DNA of 64,000 nt. Origin: Mytilus californianus (lineage: Eukaryota). A program made the position numbers and the translations under genes. This document shows positions 1-13,716 of this stretch, piece after piece. Under the pieces are notes generated by a model. The model had not been told where the DNA came from. It saw only the letters and a list, made by a program, of their open reading frames with translations, and ran no database searches. The first letter of the stretch is position 1. Every line of letters begins with the position of its first letter. The stretch lies in contig NW_026262668.1 in assembly GCF_021869535.1 (NCBI RefSeq), positions 97,278,001 through 97,342,000 on the forward strand. The letters are read 5' to 3'.

Positions 1-310
1 GCATGAGGACCTTGCAAGGTACGCACATACCAAATATAGTTATCCTATTACTTATAATAAGAGAGAATTTAACATTACAAAAAATCTGAACTTTTTTTTC
101 AAGTAGTCACTGAACCATGAAAATGAGGTCAAGGACATTGGACATGTGACTGACTGAAACTTCGTAACATGAGGCATCCATATACAAAGTATGAAGCATC
201 CAGGTCTTCCATCTTCTAAAATATAAAGCTTTTAAAAAGTTAGCTAACGCCGCCGCCGCCGCCGGATCGCTATCCCTATGTCGAGCTTTCTGCGACAAAA
301 GTCGCAGGCT
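1..310 (+). mobile_element. 3' end of a HINE-like element
   Basis: (GCC)n tract followed by the palindrome TGTCGAGC..TGCGACAAAAGTCGCAGGCTCGACA and an A-run. Confidence 0.65.
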
Positions 311-1900
311 CGACAAAAATCTAAATACATGTTAAGTTTCAGCATATCAAAGAACCACAAGAATTCAATTTTTGTTAAAATCAAACTAAGTTTAATTTTG
401 GACCCTTTGGACCTTAATGTAGACAAATTTAAAAAACAGGACCCAAAATTAAAAATCTAAATACACAGTTAGATTTGGCATATCAAAGAACCCCAATAAT
501 TCAATTTTTGATGAAATCAAACGAAGTTTAATTTTGGACCCTTTTGACCTCAATATGAACCAATTTGATAGCGGGGTCCAAAAATAAAAAATCTAAATAC
601 ATAGTTAGATTCAGCATATCAAAGAACCCCATATATTCAATTTTTGTTGAAATCAAACAAAGTTTAATTTTGGACCCCAATTTGGACCAACTTGAAAACT
701 GGGCCAAAAATCAAAAATCTAAATACATGTTTAGATTCAGCATATCAAAGAACCCCATATATTCAATTTTTGTTAAAATCAAACAAAGTTTAATTTTGGA
801 CCCTTTGGACCTTAATGTAGACCAATTTGAAAACTGGACCCAAAATTAAAAATCTAAATACACGGTTAGATTCGGCATAACAAATAAATAAATGTGGTCA
901 AAGATTTTACAAATCTAATGCGCCATACTGTGCAATTAAAGATTACTTCTTGAAATTTTTCAATATTTGAAATTTGAAAAAAAAATAATATTTGAAGAAT
1001 AATTCTTTTTAATTTCTGAAATCTGAAATGAGAAAAAATTGACCCCCCTACAATTTCTTTTACCCCCCCCCCCCTTTTTTTCCCCCAAAAAATTCTTTCC
1101 CTCAAGATATGGTCATTATCTCAATCAAATTTCCAATGGAGTTTGCAACCATAATTACCCCTTTTGAATTTACCATAGTGCTAACTTAATCTATTTTATA
1201 ATAGAATTTAAAATATAGTGTCAAATCTTTCATATGGATTTTTTTGTAAAAAAAAAAGATGCAACATTTGCAGATATTTTTACTGGTCTTCCTTTATAAA
1301 TATGCATTTCTTTAAACATAATTTAAAAGCAGTGTAAGGGAAGTAACCAAAACGTTGTATTTGGATTACCTCCCTTACACTGTTTTAAATGATCTTAATT
1401 GTTCATTAACCATTACTTTATACATAATTTAAAAGCAGTGTAAGGGAGATAATTTCAATGATGTATTTGATTTATCTCCCTTACACTGCTTTATATATGT
1501 TTTGTACTAAAGTATTTGTCCATTAACCAGGACAACCTTGTTTTTCCCCCTTTTTTGTCCCTAATTCCTAAACGGTTTGAGCCATAACCCCCCAAAGCAA
1601 ATCCTAACCATCTCTTTGTGGTGTGGAAACTTGTAGTATAATTTCAGAGAGATCCATACACCGTTCCACAGTTATTGTCTGGAAACTAGAAAATGCTTAT
1701 TTTTGGCCCCTTTTTGGCCCCTAATTCCTTAACTGTTGGTACCATAACCCCCAAAATCAATCCCCACCTACCTTTTGTGGTATTGAACCGTATGGTAAAA
1801 TTTCAAAGAGATCCATTCACTTAAACTAAACTACGACGACGACATCGACGCCAACGTCATACCAATATACGACCGCAAATTTTTGCGGTCGTATAAAAAA
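311..1900 (+). mobile_element. HINE-like element with two different satellite arrays
   Basis: About 4 units of 126-136 bp (316-870), a poly-C spacer, about 2 units of the 162-bp family, a (GAC)n tract, and a 3' palindrome at 1866-1895 of the same family as 45047-45080. Confidence 0.75.
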
Positions 1901-3147
1901 TGGGTTTTCTGATAGATAAAATATACCTTGAGCTGCTGGACATGTTTACATGTGTCAGTTTTGCTTTTAATAAATTAGTTTTTGGGATACAAGCCAAACA
2001 CTGCATTTAACCTCTTATAATCTATTTTTAGCAAAAGCGACCATGTTTGATGATGGAACAAATCTTTGGCTAAAATTTTTAAACAAGATTCCCTAAGGAA
2101 CATTCAGGTAGAGTTTGGTAATTTTTGTTCTTATAGATTCAAAGGAGAAGATAATTATTTTTATGACAAGGATGGACAACAGACACCAATTTAGTGCTGG
2201 CAATAGCTCACATGGCTTTTTAGGCCAGGAGAGCTAATAAATGATTTCCAATAGGTGAATTTGAAATTGACCTACATCAATGTGATAAGTTATTAGGGAA
2301 CAGACCTCAACTTGATAACTTAACATTACCAAATTTTGGTGCATTAACTGTCAGAGGTAAGGATACTTATGTTCTGCAACAAAGTTTGAAAAGAAGGACT
2401 CAGTGTTGATGGTCTTCTCATAAAGGGTGATATGTGCACTTGGCTTGAAGAATGAGATTGACTTTGACTGGTTTTGAATTGTAACAAGTTTTAAGTAATT
2501 TTGAGTTTTTGAATGCCTTATTTTATGACTTTAGGGGGAATATCCAACTAAATGTAAATATCTTACAAAGGGTACAAAACTCATTATTTTGCCCTCAACC
2601 ATTTTTGTTTTTTCACTTTAATTATTGCTTCCCGAGCCTTTTGGTATATACAAAAAGTTACCCTTCCTTTTTACTCTGAACTTTTTAGTTAAAGCTACCA
2701 GTCGGTCATTACTACTGGTCTAGAAAAACAACCTCTTCAAACCACTGGATATTTTCCCAGTATGACTTTTCAAAGCAAATTGTGAAAACTTTGTAGTGAA
2801 ACCATTTGTGACTTTGACATTAATTAACAACTGATGTTAAAAAACAGGGCATTTGAATACAACTAAAACCTTATAACTACAGTTATCATACTGTCATACA
2901 GTTGACCATAACATATTGATAAGATTGTAAAGACATGATTCTTGTTTACTTGATGATAGAAACAAAAATCAAGAGTAAACGATTGAAAAATTATCAAATA
3001 TTATACACTATAATAATTGACAACAACGATACATCTGCTTCATTGAATCCCAGTTAAAATGTTCAAAATCATACTTATAAGTTATATATAACTTTTAATA
3101 CTAGCAAATAATAATCTGCTATAGGATCCAGTACAATCAAGGCAAGG

Positions 3148-4017
3148 TTATATATGAGATTTTAAACATAAAGGGTTTAAATAATTAATACAGATACATC
3201 CTTGTTCAGATTTAGTCATTACCGACAAAAGTAATAAGTATATTGTGCTGTCAGATATGATAAGCTTCTGAAGTTTTAGTAACCAGAGTGACACATAATC
3301 CAACTCTGATGCTTTGTGAAATTTTGAATGTAACTTTTGGCTTCCCAGATATATTATTGAGAGTTGCCTATACCAGTAAAAATTATTGAACAATATACAT
3401 TTGTATAAAGGTTTTATTAACAAAATGTGTTATATTTTGTTTATTTTATTATAATCATGATAAATTTGATATCAATAGCAATGTTGACTAGTGGAGTTAA
3501 ACATTAGCAAACCATTGTTATACCTTGTAGGTTGTATTTTTTTAATCATCTGTATAAAGGAGAATCTCAAGTATAGAATGGAAAATACAAATTTCTTTAG
3601 ATCTTTTTTTTCATTTATTAATTACATTTTCCAAACAAATAGGACAAATACATGTACTAGTATATCAAAATGAAATACTGATTACAAATCTATCATACCT
3701 ATTTGATTATTCCAAATATTTTTTATACTGTTGACCAACACTTATATTGAGTACCTAACCAAGACACAATGGAAAGAAAACTGAATGTGATAAAACATTT
3801 GATTCAGCACTTTTGTCATGATATTGTCTTCTGTGATACAGAAGTCTGCACTTTTAAAAGCTGTATCGAAAATTGAAAAATACAAAATTTTATCAACAGT
3901 TAAAAAAACTTTTATTCATAAGTCTGTTTAGACTGTTGTCACACCTGAACAAATGAAGTTACTTACTGTACTGGAAGATGCATTTCGTACACCTATTGAG
4001 ACAGCTGGAAACAGCAC
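3148..4017 (-). other. Possible spliced exon chain of an unknown gene
   Basis: Candidate exons 4017-3967, 3860-3755 and 3367-3148 have good acceptors and donors and join in one open frame. No recognisable homology. Confidence 0.3.
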
Positions 4018-5124
4018 CTAATGAAACAGAAAAACTTTATTAAAACATAAAAAAAAATATAATGAATTTTTCATTTGAGAAAACATGTGATTGCTTCTTT
4101 CTTTTTAAATCTCACAGTTCTGTTTTCCTTTCTTTTTAAATCTCACAGTTCTGTTTTCCTTTCTTTCTTTTTAAATCTTACCGTTCTGTTTTCCTTTCTT
4201 TAAATTTTTAGACTGACTCTCTTGTGTCTGCTTTAAGTCTAGTGGCAAATATTTCATGCTTAAAACCAATGACACCACACATGAATGAAAAAGGTTTTGA
4301 AAAGTCGATGGACCACTCCAGGCATTATATAACTAATTCTGGAACATATTAAATCATAATTTTGAAATCAAGATTCAAGTTCTATGCAGTAGAAAATGCT
4401 TTGTTTCACAAATTCACAACAGACTGATAAACATAAACTGCTGACACATATATCAGAGTTCTCGAAAAGTGGTGGTCATAGGGATTTGACCACCAAAATT
4501 TGCAAAGGTCCAGCACAATTTTAGTATTTTGCAATAGAAATAATAGTGAGGACCACCATATTTTCCTCAAGGACCACCAGGGGAAAAAAGATTTCAAGAA
4601 CTCTGATATATGTCTTGCTTGTCTGTTCAATTTACATGTCATTTTGATAGTGAAATGCAAATGCCAGGTGAAATAAAAATGGCAATACTTTGAATAATAT
4701 GTAAAACATTCAGTCAATGAACTATGACTGAAGGTGCAGGGCCAAGTAATCTTTGAGGAAATGAGATATGCCAATGCTAATACAAATAAAGAGTTGCACC
4801 ATGAGCACACGATACGCCGGTCACTTTTTCAACGAATAAAGTTCCATAACTTCTCAATGTCATATATGAAATTTATAAAAAAAAAAACTTAAAGGGAGCT
4901 TATTTAAATAGATATAAATATGATAAACCAGTCACCAAAGTTTCATGAAAACAGCTCAAAGCATTTTAGAGTTATTGTCCGAAAACTGAAAAATCCCCCC
5001 CTTTTTTATGAATAAAATTCTGTAACTCCGAAATGTAAAATCTAAAATTTATGAAAATCGAAAGGGAGCTTACGTCAATTATAGATATGAACAATTCACA
5101 AAAGCTATCTTTTAGTTATTTATT

Positions 5125-5295
5125 TTATTGGCACATCCAGTATGTTGCCTAAGGCGGCATTTTGATGCCAATACATTTCAGGTGGAACCACTCTTGACAC
5201 CCGTCGTTCGCTATTAATAGATCCATAATATAGAGTTGGGTCCCTGTCCCAAAATATGTTTCGACAATTAGCCTCGAAAGTAACAATAACTATTT
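5125..5295 (-). pseudogene. Degenerate PHD-finger coding relic
   Basis: Broken frames read YCYFRG ... DGCQEWFHLKCIGIKMPP*ATYWMCQ*. Confidence 0.55.
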
Positions 5296-5339
5296 CCGGT
5301 CTCACTAATTAGCGACAAGAAGAAGTATACGCTGATGAC

Positions 5340-6404
5340 CAAATTTTGTTTAAATTGTGTCCGGTTTGTTTCAACTGTTCTGCCAGTTTTGTATTTTCCC
5401 TCAACTCATATAAACTGGTGCCACTAGTGGGACAGTAACTAAATACCTTTCTAGAGCTCATTCCATCACCCTTCGGTTTATTTTGGGTAGGTGTGGCTAA
5501 GTTTTAGATTTTTATGTAGTACTTGTGAACATTAGATCATGTAAGACAGTTTTGCAAGTCCTATCAACTATTCGCCAGACCTACTTTTTTTTTGAATAAT
5601 AAATAAGTTTCCAGTTGGATCATTCATCAAGAGAAATGAAAAAAAAAAATCTTTTTGAGAAAACTAAAATAATACTTGTATGTTTTTGTTTAATTTTAAT
5701 TACATAGAATTATCTGGTCATTATTTGTCCCGTTTTAGAAATTTTGGTTTCCATTGCTTTTCAACTATATAACTGATTTGGCCTTTCACTGTTCCAACTG
5801 ATTTAATTCTTGCACCACTGATTAGTCATATCCTCGTTAAGGCGCGTATACTCGCCCTGGATGTGCCATTGCATGAACCCGTGCGTCAGAGGAACACTTC
5901 CTGATAACACTAGCTGAGTCTTGTTATCATCATAATTATCCCTCAGCTATCAAAAAGAAGCTGAAAACATGCTTCTATTCAATGTTTTTACCGGAAATTT
6001 ACTTTAGTTTTAATTCATTCATCATCATTCATAAACCCTAAGCAATACGAAAATAATTATGATCACATGACTTACACTAATTGGATAAACAAAGAGAAGA
6101 TCGAAATCTGTTTACATCAGCACGTTCAGAACAACGGACAAATCCAACAGGGACCCAGATTTGATGTAACGCTCTAATTTTAGAACGAAAGGAGATCTCC
6201 AATTATAACTATTACAAACATAAATTTACATGAAATAACGCACACGAAAACGACTAGAAGGGTTGAGAACGCATGGTTTTGACATTTAATTGGGTTTACC
6301 TGTGCATGAATTGGGTTTTTGAACGCTGCAATCGTCAATTGCATTGGGTTTTCAATAGTTTTTATTGCGTGATCACGCAAATAAGCAGCTTATCTGGAGC
6401 TCTG
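5340..6404. mobile_element. Inverted, truncated, diverged copy of the 58708-60432 hAT element
   Basis: One TIR (...CTTATCTGGAGCTCTG, ends 6404) and internal blocks that match the reverse complement of about 58708-60130. Confidence 0.75.
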
Positions 6405-7847
6405 CGACACTATATAAATTATGATTCATTCATTTATACACTTTGATGAAAACAGTACATTTTGTAAATACATTATCTTAAACATATTCTTAACATGCTT
6501 TAGGTTCATCAAAAGGAATTGAAAAATATGGCTGTGTTTACACCACAAAATCTACTGTGAGTACAGAAAAAATCACTTTATTACACATTTTTAAAAAAAA
6601 AACATTCATACATTATTTTTATATTTTGAAATAAGGAATTGATTAAGATTCCTTGGCGCTGTAATTGTTTTCTTGTGGCTAAAATTATTCTTCTTGATAC
6701 TTCTTATTCTTTATTTCTGTAAATTCAGAAAGTATTGCGTGCATTTACTATTTCGATTTTTGAAGAATGGACGAAAATGCAAGATTAATTATTGCGATTT
6801 CTGGAAAAGCTGCCTACACTGGCTACAGACATATGTATCAGATATCATAATGCGACCTCATATCAATGCGATTAATAAAAACATTGCAATAATTTCAGAA
6901 TTTACAGAAGTGAGACCCACTATTTCTTATTACAATATAAGGTTACTTTTTGACAATTTGCGGGTTATAATATAATAGCTAATGGCAAAATAAATGCCTA
7001 GTACTAGTAGTAGTAATACATCAATTGATCATTTAGGCAACTAGTCACAACGTGTTTTATACTCTGTCTTTATAAATTATATCATTACATACTTTCTCTT
7101 CATGAGTATTCAAGAATAAGCTCACTTTCTGGCGATTTCGTAACGAGATAGGTAAATATGGGAGGTCATAATATAATTTTTGTTATCAACTATACACTGT
7201 CTTGGTGACATGCCTCCCAGTGTAATTTCTCCTCTTAATTTGAGGAGACATGATAAACTCATACCTTGCTTTGTTGTAAAGCTGATGAGGCTACAGTTCT
7301 TATCATAGACATAGTGAATATAAGTGTCTCCTCGTCAAAAAGAAAGTTGTAAGCACACCGGCAACCAAGGTCAGTAGAGTGACGTCACAAAAAGGAAATG
7401 GATTTAGGATTATACTATAAACCTGAACGCCGACCCGAGAAGATGGAAATATATATTCCTGTATAATATTTAATTAAAGGAGTCATTTGGAAAAACTTAA
7501 TAATACTGATATTATTAAACAAAACAAAAACTTGCTTTCAACGAACATCTAAAAAAAAACGATGTGCCGTAAGGAAAGGGGTATAGACTGCCAAATTCAT
7601 TACAACCGAATTGACTAAAACTTTTTAATTTGATTTATAACATCAAGGATCCTTTATAACATACTAAGATGTTTATCAGAACTACAAAAGTTTCATTGGG
7701 AACAATAAACCATGCAGTACATCGTAATAATTTAAAGTATCAGCTTTTCTTGCCTTTTTCAAATTTAAAACTAAAAAACTTGGTATAATTTAAAGTATCA
7801 GCTTTTCTTGCCTTTTTCAAATTTAAAACTGAAAAACTTGGTCTGAA

Positions 7848-7887
7848 CAAGGATTTGTATAGCTATATATAACTATACAAATCCTTG
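7848..7887. mobile_element. 40-bp CAAGGATTTGTATAG hairpin (mini-MITE or excision scar)
   Basis: 15-bp arms, 10-nt spacer, flanks GTCTGAA/GTCTGGA. Confidence 0.7.
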
Positions 7888-10829
7888 GTCTGGATAACAC
7901 ATGTAAACAACTACTAGAAAGCCATCTATTTATCCATCGAAATGAACTCCGAATCCTGCCGATGGTCATGTTACCCGATATAAACATACTCATAGATATA
8001 AATCCCGTGACAAAAAGACACATTGCCATGATTGCCATGATTGATTGTTGGTTGCTTAATGTCCAGCGGTAAATATTTCATGGATGTTCAGGACCAGATA
8101 TAAACAGACACACACGTGCAATAGTATAATAACGTTACCTTTCTAGGAAAGATTGAATATGTTTAACATATGGACAACCCGTATCTCCAAATAAGGCCCC
8201 CTTGAGTCAAGTTAAAGGTTGCATACATGTATACGCGCGGACCCAAAAGATTTTTTCAAGTTTAATTTTATTTCAGAATTAATTGCTCATTTAAATCTTT
8301 GAAGTACAAATATAAATATCGTCCAACTCCATTTTTTTATGTTTTTAAAAAAACCCATGCAATTCACTTCATTTAGTTGTTTTCATTTTCATTTCAGTAA
8401 AAAAAATCATTTAAAGCTTAAAGTACAAATCTTATATCATGGACTTGTTATTTGGTTGGGGTCCCTATAAATAAAACATAATTTGAACTTTATTTGTAGA
8501 CTGATATAAAAGCTTCTTCTCCTTCTTGCTATATAGGCTGAACTGTCACTTTCGATAAAAAATACGGCCCTTAAATCTATTCTATTGCATGCATATCATC
8601 CCTGAAAAGATCAAAGAATGTTTTCAACTGCTCATGAAGTGATAAAACATAATACATCTAAGATAATTAACATAAATAAGCGACCTTAAATGATTAGTTG
8701 TCATGTACAGTTAGTAATATATTTATTAATAACTACAGTACGGAAGTCCCGAGGCTGTGCACACTGTCTGGAACGACGGTCACCAAGATGCAATATGTTT
8801 TCTTTTTTACATCTACCATTCTAACCCATATCAATTCGGATTACTAATTAGTCTTATTGGTATATTTTTATACCTACCCTTCATCCCAAACACACAAAAA
8901 CACAAAAAGAAGAAAAAAACAAATAAAATCAAACAAACAATCAACAAAACGAAACAAAAGCAAAAAAAAAACAACAAAATGTATCACTTTATTAGACGTG
9001 TACTCTGTGAAAATAATTATTTATGCAATTGAACAATCTACGGATTTATTTGTAAAATAAGATTTTTTTTTCAATTTTAATTAAGAGACCCATGAATCCA
9101 AACAGTTTACTATGGTTTACGAAAGTGAAATTTTGATAATCATATATACTCAGATAAATCATCTAATAACAATACAATACACTTGAAATAACTATCTAGG
9201 ATTCAGAAACAAGCAAATTTGCTTTGACCAGAGACATATAATATTGTATTTTATGTCTCTGCTTTGACAAATCGTCTCCTAACATACAAATAATATACGT
9301 ATTGGTAAAAACACAAATATTGGTATGCTCTGCAATGAATAAATAAATATATGAAAAAGGTGAAAAATATAATAGAAAATAAAGAAAGAACATGAAATGA
9401 TGTATTGTATGTATTACAGTGACTTTGTAAAATCATGGAATTTGTAAATTACTGAAGGATTTAGTGATTTTGTAAAATCCCTCATTTACAAGTTTTAAAC
9501 TTTATATCGGAAATGAATTTTCCTTAATATCGATAGAACATTAATTGTTTAAATATATTCATTGAATATACTACTGGTTTTCACTATCTTAAAGTTACTA
9601 TGAATAAAAGACATTTGTACTGATATAAAGACTGCACAATTCATCTATTTTTGCATAATAAGTTTGGGTAACATCTACTGTTATATAATTTCTCAACTTT
9701 TCGACAGCCGGGCACACCTATTTTTCACATCTCCACATTGAAGAACTTCATACCTACACTCTTTTGAATAGTATTAAACAAAATTTACTTTTTATTTGAT
9801 TTTCATCCAAAGAGTGGAAAAAATATAGAAAATTATGTATTCCGATGTGAAAGCATGGATACAGTATCTTAGATATGACCAAGGCAAGTGAAGCATGAAA
9901 AATGGTCAAGGCGACCTACATTTGCCTGGTTGGTTACCTATCAATTGAAATGCAGGTCCAATACGAGGTATTTTATAAACACTTCTGTTTTGTTTTTTTG
10001 TGGATAGAAATCACTTTTCGTGTGTAGCATATTTTATAAGGCGACACTTATTTAATTTTCAAATTTCCTTTATACTGATCAAACATGAAAAATCTACGAT
10101 GATAATATTTAACTTGTTTCCATAGTTTGAGTCAGGTTAATATGTACATGTCTTCCTGTATACTTTTACCATGTGAGCTAGCATGTTGATATTCTGCTGG
10201 ATCAGCGTGTTGGTCTAGCACTAAACAGGGTTCATATGTACATCACAGTAAGACATGCCTTCAAACTTTCAGTGTACAGCCTTTACATTTGATAGTTAAA
10301 ATAGATAATTTCTTTTATACTTTTCAGTAATTACAGACTGAAGCTCTAAACATTAACTAACTTTCAAACAAGGTAGTGATATGAACTTGCTTTGTCTATT
10401 TTGTTCCACAATTTCCTCATTTTTTTTAATTTTCTCATCTTGTATTAATTAAATAGGACATGTTCAGTGTTACTGTATAGTAGGCTTTTGTCTTTTTTTC
10501 CAATGAATAATATAAACAGAAAGACTGATTGTTTTATAAATTCCCTGAATTAGATCAGTGAATCTGATGTCTAATTTAAGTGTGATTCATAGTCTTGTTG
10601 TTGCAGGGAAACTTTTCAGAATATAAATGCCACGTTTGTTTGTTGAATTGTGTAACCATTATGTCGTTGTCTTGTATGATGGAGTCATGTCTACTTCCCA
10701 CTGAATCAGGCATTAATTAAGTATCTTAAATACGCTGGAGTTTTGTTATTCAAAATTAAATGAAAGAACTAATCTATGGTTGCGTCGTCTTGCAAGTAAA
10801 TGTACTGAGGAAACTAAAATTTACACTTT

Positions 10830-11500
10830 CCAAAAAAGCTTATCAAATATCTATATCACTTTTATGAGACCACTTTTGGAATATGAATGCGAAGTATAGG
10901 AAGGGTGTTTTGAATTTTTAATATGAATATAATAAACTAGAAAAAATACAACTAGAAACTGCAAGGATAGTAACAGATCTTACAAAATTATCAAGTTTAG
11001 AATCCTTATATTTTGAAACGGACTGGGAAACATTAGCAGAAATCAATATTTAATCGACTATCTACTAGTACCTCCAGTTACATCTGATGTCAGTGGATAC
11101 AACATAAGAAATAATGATAATTATATACCCACTGGATGTAGACTACGAATTACTGAAAAGGTCATTCGTACTCGTACCATCTACTGTCAGAACATGGAAT
11201 AATTAAAATCCAACTATAAGAAACGAACCAACTATCCCAAAATTCAAACGGGAAAAAAGGTGAATCATGTATAGACCTCCGACATATTATGGTGAAGGGC
11301 CCAGAAAATTTCATATGCTGCATACAAGTCCAAGACACCAGTGCAGTGCACTAAACGTAGACTAAGATAAGAAACATGTAGTGAATGATACTAAATGCTC
11401 TTGCGGTTTCTAGCATGCCATAATAATGTCCCTGGTTCCTGATCCTATAAATATGAACATACAGATTGATATTAAAAAGCTATTGTTTGGAAAAGATGCA
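10830..11500 (+). mobile_element. Degenerate CR1-like LINE 3' fragment
   Basis: Broken frames read NIYITFMRPLLEY...NKLEKIQLETARIVT...SLYFETDWETL and HQCSALN...KCSCG, typical of the C-terminal part of CR1 ORF2. Multiple stops. Confidence 0.75.
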
Positions 11501-13549
11501 TATAATGAGAAATTGACTCTAAATTTTTCTATATATATATATATATATAAAGTTTGTTTTTTTCATTAAATAGTCAAAAAAAAATTAGCATTCCAAGTCA
11601 TCAGTTTTGTTTTTGTCATTTTCTTTTGTCTTGTTTGCATTTTTATTTGTTGCCATGCCAATGTGCGACTCTTCCTTTATTTTCTTTAACCAGTGAAGCT
11701 ATATTATTTATGTGTTTGTTCTCATCATATATGTGTATTGTATATTTAAGGAAAGCACATAATATAAGTTGTTTTAACGTGTGTCCAATCCTATTGCATT
11801 GCAATAACATATTATTTAACTAAACTTCTTGCATCGTCTATCAGAATATTTTTCCCATTAACTTTCGGCAGCATCAAATGAATATTCTCAAGTTTAGTGA
11901 TGACATTCTGATTTTGGGATTTCCATACAACGTCTGCATATATTCAAGAATAGGTCGAACAAATGATATGTAAAATTTTCAAGACTAAACCTATCAAGAA
12001 CATATTTTCATTTTCCTCATTTATTTATGTTTATTCTTTTGTAAGATTGAAAAAAAAGTTCAATATGGTCATTCCACGTTGTTGGAGAAATAGACACCTA
12101 GATGTTTGCTTACTGGCCATATGTAGCTTTTGTGTATTCATTTTTTAGTGATGGGTTTATTTGTTTTGTGTTACACCACTTGTCCGAAGCTAGGAGAGTT
12201 GAGTGCTCACAAACATGTTTAACCCTGCCACATAATTTATGTGCCTTAACCAAGTCAAGAGCCTGTAAAAGTATGTGGTTCTCGTTGGTTGCTTTCTGTC
12301 AAATTTATTTTTCGTTGATTGTTTGTTAGCATACATCAGATAATTGATTTTCTCTTTTGACATAATCACATTTTGTCTTGCCGCGGCCTCTTATATCGAA
12401 CTATTGAGTATGAGTTTTTCTCATGGTTGACTGCCGTACGGTGACCCATTGATCTGTATACATTCATCATATAGTCTTCTTTCTTTCTTTTTGATTCATT
12501 AAAGAGAATTGTTCCTTACCAAAATAAAAGTAATTTCGTTAAACGCTGCTTAAAACTGTCCCACCTGTTTGTCCAACTAAAAAAATACTTGAGACAATGC
12601 ACAATTCGTGCAATGAAATTTTTTTCTATTATCCGTTTATATTCCTCAGGAAAGTTCCAACGTTGATTTTATAGGTTAATCCGTACTTTTTCAACATCAT
12701 ATCCAGTCGAAAATGAATTCGGCAATCTGAAATAAATATTTAAAAAAAAATAGATGAATAAAAACGAGTTAACAAGGGACATCCCTGGGAACCTACATCG
12801 TGTATACACAATTATCATCATTAAATTCCCCTTGCATTATTAATACACACGCGGAAATCAAATTTTGTCTCATTATAGAACATATTATTTGACAGGCCTC
12901 TAAACTGCATTGTACAAGGTAAGCAATAAATATATAATTATCCTGTCCAACAACACCTATATTATAGATATGTAAATGTAAATTGTCGGACAAGGGTAAT
13001 TATTGAACAATTATTATAAGGCAATCAAACTCGTTTGACAAAATCATGACCTTAGTCATCGTCATAAATACATGTCAATATTGAAAACCCAACAGTTTAG
13101 GTGATTCCTTGTATTTTCCAGTAAACGTTTTGTTCATAAGTATTCTTTTATAAAAATAATTTTCACGATAAAAGATACACACCCAGAACAAAAAAAATCC
13201 TTCTTATAGGTTTTGAAATAAATTGAAATTGGTGTTTTGTTCTGATATCTAATTGAAAAAAAAACAGGATCAGAATTTCTTTAAATGAGATTCTTTTGTT
13301 ATATCTTGGCACGAATGTCACAAGTGATTTATATATATATTAAAAAAATTCTTCAAGATACTTTTTACCTAGGCTAAAATTCCAATTATAGGCATGGATT
13401 TCCCAGCATTCCACCGAACTAACAGAATACAATTGTTGACTTTTTTTAAATGCCGAGATCGACCTTTATAACTGTCAAATTTCTTATAAAGATCAGTAAT
13501 ATAATTATAATAAAATACACGCCTTCGTTGTAAAGCTTAACTCGAGCGT

Positions 13550-13680
13550 TTTGATTGGTTGTTGACAGTGGTCGTAGTGAATGACGTTAAGTGATTATTG
13601 GTTAATAATTATCAATAGACAATTATAATCATCGTTTCGAATGTATAAAATACAGTCTCTACAATGTATTCATTACACTT
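13550..13680 (+). promoter_or_regulatory. Pol II core promoter of the orphan secreted gene
   Basis: Inverted CCAAT (ATTGG) at 13554 and 13597, CRE-like TGACGTTA at 13582, TATAAAA at 13644, and Inr-like TCATTAC about 28 nt downstream. ATG at 13717. Confidence 0.6.
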
Positions 13681-13716
13681 CAGACTGGCAGTCCTGACGA
13701 AAAGGCTACTTTTACA

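Noticed and set aside
7221-7333. GAGGAGACA/TGTCTCCTC stem enclosing CTGATGA as a snoRNA or hammerhead
   Set aside because: No terminal box D and no stem II-GAAA-stem III arrangement.
8757-9060. K/Q/T-rich ORFs
   Set aside because: Translation of an A-rich low-complexity tract.
9560-10290. Coding-like patches (e.g. KECRYEVLQCGDVKNRCARL on the minus strand)
   Set aside because: Short, interrupted by stops, with no consistent splice chain or recognisable motif.
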